A DNA stretch of 64,000 nucleotides from Octopus vulgaris (lineage: Eukaryota): positions 214,272,001 through 214,336,000 of the forward strand of contig OX597815.1 in NCBI GenBank assembly GCA_951406725.2. The letters run 5' to 3'. Under the pieces are notes generated by a model. The model did not search any database. It was not told the DNA's origin and saw nothing but the letters and a program-made list of their open reading frames with translations. The translations under genes were made by a program, and so were the position numbers. Below are positions 25,422-37,301 of this stretch, piece after piece. Within the stretch, counting starts at the first letter, position 1. Every line of letters starts with the position of its first letter.

Positions 25422-26498
25422 ATAATCAAAATAAGCAACAAGAATGACTCCGGTAATTTGGTACGATCGTTTCGTACTACACATTTGGGAACTAAAAACA
25501 AATAATATAGAATTCAACCTAAAATGGGATATAGTTAGAAGGGTGCAACCTTATAGAAATAGTAGGGTTGGTTGTCAACTTTGTTCTATGGAAACTTATG
25601 AAATTTTAAAACATCAGAGTTATACAAATCTGCTGAATAACCGTCTGGAGTTGGGAGTATCTTGTATACATTGCACAACCCGAACGTTTAAATACTTTAA
25701 ATAATAATTTTGTGAATATTCCTATATTTTTCAAATTTTAATTCTTTATAATCAAATAAGAAGAAATATACTATACTAGCTTTCAATTTAACATTCATAG
25801 ATGACTAAAAAAAACTTCACTGCAAACTTGAAATTGGAATTTTTTTTCTAAATTTAATCTAGCTTTAAAATTAATAAGGCTTTCCCCCAGTTAAAAAATA
25901 CTATGCCTACTCATAATAATAAGTAATAGGGTTTTTTTCCTCTAAATTACACCTTCTGTGAATGGGATTAGGACCATTTGACATTGACCTAGTTTCTCTC
26001 ACCAAATAGCAGTAATTGGCATTTATTAGTGGAAATTGCTGTCTTCAACATGAATTCCTTTTATAGAGTTCTGAAACCTCCTTTACCCCATTTCTACAAT
26101 TAAAAAATCTTTATTGCTTCTAACCTTACATCAGTTAGGAACAACCATATCTTAGTCAGTCAGTGGAAGGACTTCACTACCTCATATGTTCTTGAAATTT
26201 AAATCCCGAACTTTGTCTGTATATCTACCTTCTCTATAATGTTGCCACTTGATTTGAAATTTTTGTATTGATGGAAAACCTCTATAATTGGCTGATGAGT
26301 ACTCAGCATCTTAAATCTGTTGTAATACTTACAACATTTAATAAAATGATGTAGTACGAAACGATCGTACCAAATTACTCAAGTCATTCTTGTTGCTTAT
26401 TTTGATTATAATCACCCCACGGATTTTATGGATAACACCATACAAAAGTTTGGTGCATCTAAATTAAGTACCATATTCATTTGAATCTAAATTTTTGC

Positions 26499-26502
<4 letters not shown>
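25422..26502 (+). mobile_element. 5'-truncated Penelope-like element (GIY-YIG C-terminus, inverted pLTR segment)
   Basis: HIWELK..IEFNLKWDIV..Y..CQLC.ME..I..LLNNR.EL..SCIH matches PLE (Naiad-like) endonuclease C-termini. 25422-25480 is inverted relative to 26351-26411. (TA)n flanks. Confidence 0.8.
26286..26376 (+). ncRNA. Type I hammerhead ribozyme with extended stem II
   Basis: AATTGG-CTGATGA-GTACT...(TGTTGTAA tac TTACAACA)...AGTAC-GAAA-CGATCG-TA-CCAAATT. Confidence 0.8.
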
Positions 26503-26535
<33 letters not shown>

Positions 26536-28158
26536 TACTATTAAAAAGGATGAAGTTTTTTTCTCTACAGAAAAGAATTCCATCAGGAAGTGTGGCAGTA
26601 TATTAAAAGAACCTTTACGGTTAAAAATTGTAAATATCTTATAAGCAAGGGCTAAAGAAGATTATTCTAAAGCCAATATATTTATATATATATATATATA
26701 TATATATCTCACATACAGACAGACACACACACACATATATATATGTATATATATGATGGGCTTCTTTCAGTTTCCGTCTACCAAATTCACTCACAGAGCA
26801 TTGGTCGGCTCGAGGCTATTGTAGAAGACACGTACCTAAGGTGCTTCATAGTGGCACTGAACCCGGAGCCATAGGGCTGGGAAGCAAGCTTCGTACCACT
26901 AAACCACGCCTGTAGATTTTAAATTAATAATTCATTCCATTTTCTTATATTTATCGGTACGGCTCAGAGTTCATATTCCACAACAGGCATTTATTCATGT
27001 CCCTGAAAAAGTGCAGCTTAATTCTATACACTTCGATTTTACACTTCTTGGCAACACACTCAAGAATCTCTGGGGTGTTACTTTTTATCGAGAGAAAATT
27101 TATTGCCGTCCACTGTAGGGAAATAAAAGTGAAAAGTCGAACTTTATGACCGTTTGTAAATTGTAAAAATGATTTATGTAACTACATTATCAATCAAAGT
27201 AACTTATGTGAGATATTTCTCAGATCATCTTTAATTTAGTCACGTATGGTTTCTTATCGTTTGGCTCGAAATAGATATTTTGAATAGAATCAGCATAGTT
27301 TAAAGTGGTCGTATGTGATGTATGGTTTCAAACTAAAGCTAGAATTTAATGAGCTGTAGATATAATAGCCAGAAACGTAGCATTGCTTTGCAATCTATTC
27401 ATCCAGTCTGCAATGGAGCAGTTTGTGGCAAATACCGCTTAAAATTTGTCACTACGTTTCTATTTCTATCGATACTAAATGGTTTTCTCATTGAAACAAC
27501 GCACAGGAGAGAGAGAGACACTTAAGTAAACCTTCAATGGCAAGACCCATTTAATATTTACAAACACACACACATATATATATAGTATGATGTAAACCTA
27601 TACACGCCCATATATTGTTGTTGGCTCATAGAAACTAAAGAAAGAATGTCCATTGATAGGAGTGAGGAAGAAAAGACACGGGACATAAATACGCCAGTCT
27701 ACATAAATATACATAGTTTAAATGATCAGCTCACTTGACTGATAAAATAACACGCACTTTCACATATATACGCCTTCCTCCACACACACACATATACGTG
27801 TGTGTGTGTATGCATATACATACATATATATATATATATATATATGCATGTCTGTATATGTGCGTATATGCATATCATTTTACGTATTCAAACAGGGAGC
27901 GAAGAGAGAGAGAGAGAGAAGTGAGAAAACTGAGCGAAAACGACTACACAAGTAGACAGGTGACAGAGCGTGCAAAATATTACAAAAATAAACAAAATAT
28001 TAAGTATAAACAATGAATGAAAAACGTCGAAGAAAGAGAGCAAAATATTAAAAAGTAAAAAAAAAAAAACGAGAATAGAAATATTTAAGAAGAAAGCGAA
28101 ATAAAAACAGCAGAATAATTCGTGATAGGAATAAATAAAAATAAGAGAAAATATTCTT

Positions 28159-28323
<165 letters not shown>

Positions 28324-28550
28324 TGTGTGTGGATGGACAATAGCCCAGTTGTTAGAGCAGCGGACTCCCGGACAACACAAAGATACGTAGACACAGATAT
28401 ATGTACATACGACAGGCTTCTTACAGTTTCCATCTACCAAATCCATTCACGCGACTTCGGTTGGTCTGAGGCGATGATAGAAGACACTTGCCCTAACTAC
28501 CATCTGAACCTGAAACCATATGGTTGTTTATATTCATACTCATGCGCATA

Positions 28551-28791
28551 TACAGAGTTGGCCAAAAGTCACCCGACAGTAAATCAAAAGCATTTAATTC
28601 CAAGATTTTTTATGTTTAACAATTGAATGAATTTAATAAAAACATCTAAATATGAAACATCATGGAAACTGTTCAAACTGAAATCCTTCTTGAGCGACAC
28701 ATTTTCTCATTCCAGTCAATACTGAATTACAGATAATATTTATAGAATATTGATTTATTATCGGGTGACTTCTGGCCAAAATGGGTGAGTA
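28551..28791. mobile_element. Tc1/mariner-type MITE
   Basis: TIRs TTGGCCAAAAGTCACCCGA and TCGGGTGACTTCTGGCCAA, with TA flanks. Confidence 0.65.
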
Positions 28792-28822
28792 TATATATAT
28801 ATACATATCGTATATTTATATC

Positions 28823-28871
<49 letters not shown>

Positions 28872-29030
28872 AATACCTGTATATAGATGTGTGTATACAT
28901 ACATACATATATATATATATAGCGTATATATGTACACATATACCTGTATATAGATGTGCATATATATATATATATAAAAACATATATATGTTATTTATTA
29001 TTTAATTGAACGCGACGCATCCATTTCCAA

Positions 29031-29087
<57 letters not shown>

Positions 29088-29094
<7 letters not shown>

Positions 29095-29202
29095 ATCACG
29101 TGACCGACCAGACCATCAGATGTTGTTACACATCGCTGGTCACAATGCGTTCGCATTGTTTTAGCCTTCGAATGACGCCACCCCGCTGGCTAAGCGAGCA
29201 GG

Positions 29203-29255
<53 letters not shown>

Positions 29256-29585
29256 GTGTGTGTGTGTGTGTACGTATGTAGGTCATTCATTCATTTCGCC
29301 CTTTTCAAGTCTAGCCAGGCACATTGTCCCGGTTTCCTGGTTTCTGTGGCGTATGTGTTCCCCTCAGCTGGACTGGACGCCAGTCCATCGCAGCGTTACT
29401 CAAGAAACAGGAAGAACGAGTGAGAGAAAGTTGGGGCGAAAGAGTACAACAGGGTTCGCCACCACCGCCTGCCGGAGCCTCATGGAGCTTGTAAGTATTT
29501 TCACTCAATAAACACACACAACGCCCGGTCTAGGAATCGAACCCGCGAGTCTGCTGCCCTAACCACTGGGCCATTGCGCTTCCAC
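29088..29585 (-). mobile_element. SINE family C, interrupted by (TA)n
   Basis: Reverse complement of 6571-6857 head and tail. Confidence 0.75.
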
Positions 29586-29984
29586 ACGTATATAGGTACA
29601 CATTATTTAAAATTATTTAAAGTACACAGTATGCAGTTACGAGCTACTTATTGCATCATGCATTGGAGATGTAGTCTAGGCAAGTTTTAAGAACTTGTGT
29701 CTCCAAGTTATCCTCGGAATCTGAGCACGTGACATATTCAATTTGAAATCAGGATGCTAGAATAAGAAATATCACGAGAAAATATTAGAAGAACGTGGAT
29801 GCCAAAAGTGGAAAAGTGAATCGCCAAAAAATGTCTCCCATCTCATCCGTCTCACGAGCTCTTCAACTTTCTCGAGTGGTTTCCGGAGGTATAAGTTTTC
29901 AATGGTGTACGTATATTCTTAGCAGAGTACAACTTTCTAGACTACATCTCCCATCTATGAAACTATTAGTAGCTCGTAACTCTA

Positions 29985-30600
29985 TACGAGGGGCGTTCAA
30001 TAAGTAATGCTCCTGACCCACTTGCAGTTGTTTGATCTAGCTGAAATTTTGCATATGCACTTATTGATATCTCTATAGATTACGTGGCGAATTACAGCTC
30101 TGAACTAATTGTGGTTTCTGATTTACAGGTGTTTGAACTGAGTCAAGTGTGAAATGGAGCCTGTTGAGTGTCGAGCAGTGATCCGGTTTTTGTATTTGAA
30201 AGGACGCACACCACGGGAGACTTTTGATGAAATGAAAGTAACTTATGGTGATGATGCCCCATCATATGACCTTGTAAAACGCTGGCATTGTGAATTCAAA
30301 CATAGTCGGAACTCTGTGGAAACAGCTCCCAGATCTGGTCGCCCCCTTCTGCCGTTGATGAGACGTCTGTCCGTCAAGTTGAGGCTGCCATTTTGGAAGG
30401 TCAACGCATAACTCTTCGCCAAATAGTCCATGAGGTCAAGATTAGTACCGGGTCTGTGGAAACTATCATTCATGACCATTTGCATATGCAAAAGGTGTCT
30501 GCCAGATGGATTTCCAGGTTGCTCACACCTTTCCAGAAGCAAGAACGCGTTGAGTGCTCGAGGATGAATTTGGAGATGTGCCAAGAAGATGAGTCAAAAT
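29985..30600 (+). mobile_element. Mariner transposon 5' half (frameshifted transposase)
   Basis: TIR start TACGAGGGGCGTTCAATAAG. Translation RAVIRFL..G..APSY..VKRW..EF..RSGRP then KVSARWISR (WVPR-like linker); breaks off at 30600. Confidence 0.85.
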
Positions 30601-30769
30601 CTTAATTTTGAACTGTTTAAGAGGTTTATTGCCTCATTGTGGTTTTTAAAAAAAAAGAAAAAAAGAACAATGTTTTAAAGAAGCGAAAGTCGGCGGGCGC
30701 TTTTCGTCTTCTCCCATCCTTATATCATCATCATTCATCTCATTAATGTCTCTGTCTTGGTTTTGGAAG

Positions 30770-31986
30770 GTAGCTCCTGCCAGGCTGCACTCAGCAACAT
30801 CGCTGAGAACTGATAAAGTGGTTCTTCTATCTGTATATTTTGAGAGACGTGCTTCCAGGGTTAGGGTGGAGGATATACCCCCCAGAAGTGGATGTAGCCT
30901 GGCTGGTAGCTGCCATACTGCTAGGCATGGAGGAGGAGGTGGTGGTACTCCAGGCCACCTGAACAACCCACAGGAACTGGCAAGGACAAAGTCTTGATAT
31001 GGTGGTACAAGTTGCCGCGGAAGATTTAGAAAATATGGTGGAGACAATCACGGTCGGAGACGCAACACTGAAAGTCATAGTGGAAGGGAGGATTCCGCGG
31101 TGCTATAAATGTGGTCTAAAAGGCCACATTAGAGCGGATTGTCCTCCAACACCTGAGAAGGCTAAAAAGAGACAAGAGCGTGAGAAAGTGGCTGGAACTC
31201 CACAATCCGCAGACGCTGAGGAAAAGAAGAGTGAAGCGGCATCACAGATAAAGACCAATACCAGCGTCGAAGAAGAGATGGACAACGAATGGGGAACAGC
31301 TGGGAAAAGAGAGAAGAAAGAGAAAAAAAGGTACACGCTGTAAAGGACGACCCCTCCATCTCACACCCACCCAGCTCCCACTCTAACCCAACCACTCCCT
31401 ACAGACACCATCTCCCTCCATGCCCTACCTGGCATAAACACAAGCTCAAATATACAGGAGCCCCAAATTCCCCCACGCTTGCCCTTGGAAAAATATGTTA
31501 TAGTGTACAAGTGGAGGCCATGAAGAAGTGCATAACGAAATTGACTCGTGTGACAGTATCATAAAAGTGGACGTCTCAGGAGTGAAAAGGATGCCTGAGA
31601 ACCTTTATTGTGTAGTGGCAGACACAGCATATATATATATATCAAAATTAAAGAACTTCGGGGAAAATCATGGCTATGAGTGCTGGGTCAAGAAATTGGA
31701 CACCAGCTCAATGCCTAAGCAAATAAGTGTTTACGATATTTCAAAGAAGCACAATGTAAACAACCTTCATAAGAATGATAATTATCTGTCGCTAATATTT
31801 GTGTCATAAACTAGTGTTTAAAAAAATGTATCAACTGGTTCAATGAAGTCGCTCGGAGGTGGGGAGGAACGGTTTCATTTCATCTTTCATTATATTAATT
31901 CATTCTTTCTATCCGTTTTGTTTTTTGTCCCCACCTTGTGCTGTCTCCTCTATGTCCGGCCTTCATGGCCAATTTCATAAAATAAA
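30770..31986 (+). mobile_element. ORF1-only retroelement copy 2 (5'-truncated, decayed)
   Basis: RVRVEDIPPEVDVAWL...EGRIPRCYKCGLKGHIRADC (31101-31142), C-terminal domain at ~31490-31809, 3' UTR ending AAATAAA joined to SINE B. Confidence 0.7.
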
Positions 31987-32127
31987 GAAGCTTGCTTCCA
32001 AACCACACGGTTCCAGGTTCAGTCCCACTGCATGGTAACTTGGACAAGTGTCTTCTGCGATATCCTCGGGCCGACCAAAGCGTTGTGAGGGGATTTCGTA
32101 GACAGAAACTGAAAAAAATCCAGTCAT

Positions 32128-32176
<49 letters not shown>

Positions 32177-32359
32177 AAAATAGTAAAGAGTGAAAAAACG
32201 ACAGAAGGCTTAAATGTTAAAAAATATATATTTTTGCGTCAAAATGTCTGGAGAATATTGGAAAATTTTTTTCCTCCTTAAAATGACATAATTTTATAAT
32301 TTTTAAAGAAACTGTCCCTCATATTCACCCACGTGCTTTACCAAACAAACTTTCTTATC

Positions 32360-32406
<47 letters not shown>

Positions 32407-32685
32407 ATGATATAGTATAATATAATATATATATGTATAATATAATATATATATATGTATGTATGTATGTGTGTACGTATGCATTTGTGTTTGTTCTCCA
32501 TCATCGCTTGACAACCGATGTTGATGTGTTTACGTCCCTGTGACTTAATGGTTCGGTAAAAGAGACTGATAGAATAAGTACTAGGCTTACAAAGAATAAG
32601 TCCTGGGGTTGACTTGTTCGACTAAACGAGATACTCCAGTATGGCCGCAGTCAAATGACTAAAACAAGTAGAAGAGTAAAAGGGA
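31987..32685 (+). mobile_element. SINE family B lacking its first ~20 nt, split at its internal microsatellite
   Basis: GAAGCTTGCTTCCAAACCAC... to 32130; the 3' half resumes at ~32480-32685. Confidence 0.75.
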
Positions 32686-32706
32686 ACATATATATATACA
32701 TATATC

Positions 32707-32772
<66 letters not shown>

Positions 32773-33239
32773 CTGATTGAAAGCAACGCATCCATTTCAA
32801 AGTAAGCTTATCTTTATTTTCTCTCATCCTTTATCTAATTCCTTTTTTCCTCCCCTTCACCGTTTTCTATCTCTCTGTCTGTCTCTCTTTCCCTCTTTTT
32901 CCGTTTCTCTCTCTCGTTGTTCACACGTGACCATCGTCCATCCTTCTCTTCCTCACGTGATCATCTTTCTTTTCTTTCACGATTGTCGTAAGGATAGCAC
33001 GTATCCTCTCTTTCGCTTACATCTTGTCTCTTGTAAAAAAATGTTTCTCCAGCATTCGCTACTTTTACTCTCGTTTTGGTCTAATGACTTTGTATAAGTC
33101 CCAAATTTTATTTTGGCACGTATAGGAGCAACTGTCTTCGAAGACTCATATTGTCGTTCAGTGCTCGAAACGAGGAGTAGATAGACAGCTGACATAGATA
33201 CATACATATATTTGCATGTATCTATGTGTGTATATATAT

Positions 33240-33427
33240 CATGAAAGATCGCTAGCCACTGCACATTATTTATTTTCTCTCCTTGTTTCTTTCTATGTCC
33301 CTTTCATTGAAAGAGCGTAGGCTCGAAACGTCAGAGACTTTTTCACTTCCCGAACGTAATACTAATACATCTATTTGTTGTCTACGCCACCTGTCTTCGT
33401 CTTTTGTTTTTTTTTTGTAAATTCTCC

Positions 33428-33430
<3 letters not shown>
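33240..33430 (+). mobile_element. Short Penelope-related repeat with degenerate minimal hammerhead; relatives at ~17660-17850 and 6500-6545
   Basis: TTGAAAGAGCGTAGGCTCGAAACGTC followed by the shared tail CCACCTGTCTTCGTCTTTTG and (TA)n. Confidence 0.5.
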
Positions 33431-33489
<59 letters not shown>

Positions 33490-33499
33490 GGCACCGATT

Positions 33500-33610
33500 A
33501 TTCTTATATCTATAAGAATGCCATATTAATATGGCGATAACAATTAATTTCCAGTGAACGCTGCCGTAATCTCTTTTATAGAGACTTAGTAATTTTAATA
33601 TTTCTATTAT
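33500..33610 (+). repeat. Diverged partial copy of the 362-bp array unit
   Basis: ATAAGAATGCCATATTAATATGGCGATAAC...GAGACTTAG...TTTCTATTAT; same terminus against (TA)n as position 8661. Confidence 0.8.
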
Positions 33611-33645
33611 ATATATATATATATATATATTATTTATATTCTATA

Positions 33646-34844
33646 CATCATCATCATCATTGTTCGACCGTGGTCGAGACAATGGAATTTACCATGTTAC
33701 GCCAGACTTCACGGTCCATCATGGCATTACGGAGCTCCTGTTGCTGGATGCCTGTATCCTTGGAGATTACATCAGGGAAGGAGAGTGTGCGCCCTCTGGT
33801 ATTGCGAGTAGATGGCTTCCAGAAGAGAAGAGTAGAAATTACCTCTTTTTCAGCTCTACAACAATGGACTCTCTTACCTTTCACAAGAGATGTCACAGGT
33901 GGTAGTTTCCCATATATTTGCATTTTGGTTGGATGGCGCTTCCACGAGAGATTTTGAGCTCTAATAAGGAGGCGAGTGTAGGTTCCATCCAACCGCCTCT
34001 CAAGCTTCTTTGATAACGTCCAGGTTTCTGAGCCATATAGTAGAATTGGTTCGACTGTGGCTTTGAAGATTTCAAGTTTGAAGTCTCTACTTAGATTTGA
34101 TGACCAGATTTTATGCATGTCATTACAGGCTGACCAGGTCATACCCTTTCTAGTTAGAAAGTCTTTTCCAGATGATGATATGTATGACCCAAGATATTTG
34201 TAATCAGAAACCATATTTAAGAGCGCATTGTTGAGAGTATGGATGATGCAATCACTGTTGGACAGGCACTTGTTTATGTATTCAGTCTTGGCCTCATTGA
34301 GGTAAAGACCTACACAATTTGAGGCTTGTTCGAGAGATTGTAAAAGAGACTGGGCATTGGAGAGAGAATCACTGATAAGAGCGATGTCGTCAGCAAAGTC
34401 AGTGTCTGTCAAGTACTCAGCTGGGTGTCTGGAACTTCTTCTTGGTTTTATTTCAAAGCCCTTGCCAGAGATGGTATCAACTGACATACGTAGCACATAA
34501 TCAACAACAATGAGGAAAAGAAATGGGGCGAGTGTGTCTCCCTGCAGTATTCCGGCTTTGATTGAGAAAGATGGTGTTTCTCCGTCAGGGGTTAAGATGG
34601 TTGAAGACGTATCTGTGTAGAGGACCTTGATGGCAGAAATGATCTTGTCTGGTATCCCATAGAGCTTAAAGATTTCAAACATCTTGTACCTATCTACAGA
34701 ATCGAACGCTTTAGAAAAGTCTACAAATACCATTGCAAGATCTCGATTAAATGCTTTTGATTCTTCAATAAGTCTGCGTAGGCATAGTATCTGGCTCAGC
34801 GTTGAGCGCCCATGTCTGAATCCATTTTGGTTCTTTCGGAACAT
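33646..34844 (-). mobile_element. 5'-truncated RTE-clade LINE (RT domain to stop, ORF 33657-34844)
   Basis: QNGFR, FVDFSKAFD, GILQGD, FADD, YKYLG, LLYGSETW. The stop codon overlaps a (TGA)n tail. Confidence 0.9.
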
Positions 34845-35069
34845 ATATGTATGTATTAATTGATTGATTGATTGATTAATTGATTGCCTTCCTGTGAAAT
34901 CTTCACACCAATTTATAGCAACTGATTCAGCTGAATTCTTTCCGAAAGCAAAGATACGAAGGTATTGATTCCTCTCCTATAGTTTTATCCATATACAGAT
35001 ATAGTAATTTTCTATGGACATATACATGTACTCGTATGTTTCCTGTTGTATTTCTACCATTGTGGACAT

Positions 35070-35275
35070 ATTCTCTTATTTGTTTCAGTCGTTTGACTGC
35101 GGCCACGCCTATAGTCGAACAAATCGACCCCAGCACGTATTCTTTGTAAGCTTAGTACTTATTCTATCGGTCTCTCTTGCCGAACCGCTAAGTGACGGGG
35201 TCATAAATACACCAGCATCTGTTGTCAAGCGATGCTGGTGGGAAAACACAGACACACAAACATATACAGATATAT

Positions 35276-35330
<55 letters not shown>

Positions 35331-35468
35331 CGACAGGCTTCTTTCAGTTTCCCTCTACCAAATCCACTCACAAAGCTTTGGTCGGCCTGGGGCTATAGTA
35401 GAAGACACTTGCCCAAGGTGCCGCCAGTGGGACTGGACCCGGAACCATGTGGTTGGTAAGCAAGCTAC
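35070..35468 (-). mobile_element. SINE family B lacking its first ~20 nt
   Basis: Minus strand begins GTAGCTTGCTTACCAACCAC directly after the AATAAA of ORF1-only copy 3. Confidence 0.85.
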
Positions 35469-36818
35469 TTTATTTCATAAAATTTGTCATCATAGACAGT
35501 ACAAAGAGTGTGTAGCTTTGCGGGCCGGACAAACACATTAATGAATGATAATGAAATAGAATGAATAAATGAGAGACGAAACCCAACACCCGCCGATTGG
35601 ATTTTTCTCGAAAACATATTTTCTCTTTTTAAAAAATCAATATGTTTCAAACCTCTTACAAGAAGGAAGCACTAAAACCTCTTACTTAACATGTTTTTTT
35701 TTAAACACACAATTGAGGTTATAAACCACTACAAATAATACAATAAGCTGAGGTTTCAAACCCTATAACGAGGGTCTTTCACCTCCTACTCTTCGATACA
35801 TCCATCGATATATTCATCATTATCTTCAATGCCGCTTGAGTTCCTGTATCCCGCCATTTCCCATGCCTCACTCATGTAGGACATGTAAGGGCATGTAAGG
35901 GTCACCCGGCCATTTGCGACACTCCTTCCCAAATCCTTTAAGCCTTTCCCACAAGGGAAACCTTATGACTTCCTCTGCTATCTGCGGAGGCCATTCGGGA
36001 TCCCGTGTGAAGGGCATATCTGCTGTCTCTTTATGTTCTTCTACTATTTTTCCACCTCCCCGCCCTTGTAGAAAAAGATAATTAATTGATCATCTTTAAG
36101 GGTGGGGGTGGTTTCTTCCACCGTGGGTGGCATAACTTCGGGACATGCAGACGGCACATCATATCCCCGCTGAGATGACCCGTTCTTCTTCCTTCTTTTT
36201 TTCTTTTCTTTCTGACTTCGGGAGAGTGGAGCTCTTCCGCTTTGTACGGAGACTCTCCCCCGCCTCCCGAAGCCTTAGGTTCCTTCGGCGGGCAACTATT
36301 GTTGCCCGCCTTCTGCCTTTTTAATCGTTTTTTAGTTGAGGAGGCTGAAGCCTCCTCGACCACATCCACCTCTCCCTTTGACCGGGTAGGGGAAGTGGCA
36401 TCTAGTGACTGTTCCATGACCTTACCATGGTCCTGAGGGCAGTTTCTTTTAATGTGGCCTGGCTGCAGGCACGAGTGACACTTGTATCACCGGATACCTG
36501 CAGCGAGCCATTTTCAAGAGATCTGGAAAAACCAGATCTGTTGCGGCCGATGGGGTCCACAGGGTCAAAATCGCTTTTGACCCTTCCCAATCGACCGCCG
36601 GCAATACCCTTACATTTAAGAGCCAGGGCCCGCCATCCCCCAGTCCCCATCGCATGGTATCTTCAATCCAATCCGCTTCGGTGCCTGGGAATAACCCACA
36701 TACCCAGGCTCGTATTAATTTTCTTCCACAATATGACGGAAGGAACAGAATTTCCTTGCCTTCTAAAGGCTGACTCGCAAACCGGAGAGCCTTTTCCCCG
36801 TTGTCAAACAGCAACCAT
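35469..36818 (-). mobile_element. ORF1-only retroelement copy 3 (5'-truncated, decayed)
   Basis: LFLPSYCGRKLIRAWV..PGTEADWI; knuckle CHSCLQPGHIKRNC at 36480-36439; basic linker; C-terminal domain; 3' UTR ending AAATAAA. Confidence 0.7.
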
Positions 36819-36944
36819 AGAGAGAGAGAAAGTGTATGTGTGTGTATGTGTGTTTGTGTGCATGCGTGTGTGTATATGTGTGTGAGTGAGTGACTGTGTA
36901 TCCGAAACTGTGAATATGCTTTCCAGAAGATAATACTCTATATA

Positions 36945-37301
36945 ATACCACGGTGTACTGAAAGGTCCCTGTGCTGAAAGGTTCCTGTGCCGAAAGGTTC
37001 CTTTCAGATTCACACACTTATTGCAGTGCTCCTTCATTTTTTCTAAATCCTGGAAAAAGACTCGGAAGGATTGGCCAGCAACCAGGCCTTTCGTGACATC
37101 CTTAAAACCAGGAATCTTTCAGCGGCCCCTTGTATAACAAACAATGCATATTGTATATAATAATATGAGACCGAATCAATTTTGGCAGAAAAACTAGTGT
37201 TCAGTTTCTCTAAGCCCTGTAAAAGAACCCGGAAAGTTAGGCCTCCAACAAGTCCTTTTGCGACACCCTTAAAGCCAGGAACTTTTCACTCCCACTCGTA
37301 T
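36945..37301. mobile_element. Rearranged mariner-type MITE pair
   Basis: Triplicated 16-bp TIR piece (GAAAGGTTCCTGTGC) and two right ends, at ~37134 and ~37300. Confidence 0.55.

Larger units (their letters stand above)
25195..26912 (-). mobile_element. SINE family B split at its internal microsatellite (3' half 25195-25400, 5' half 26755-26912)
   Basis: Both halves are collinear on the minus strand, with a Penelope-like element between them. Confidence 0.65.
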
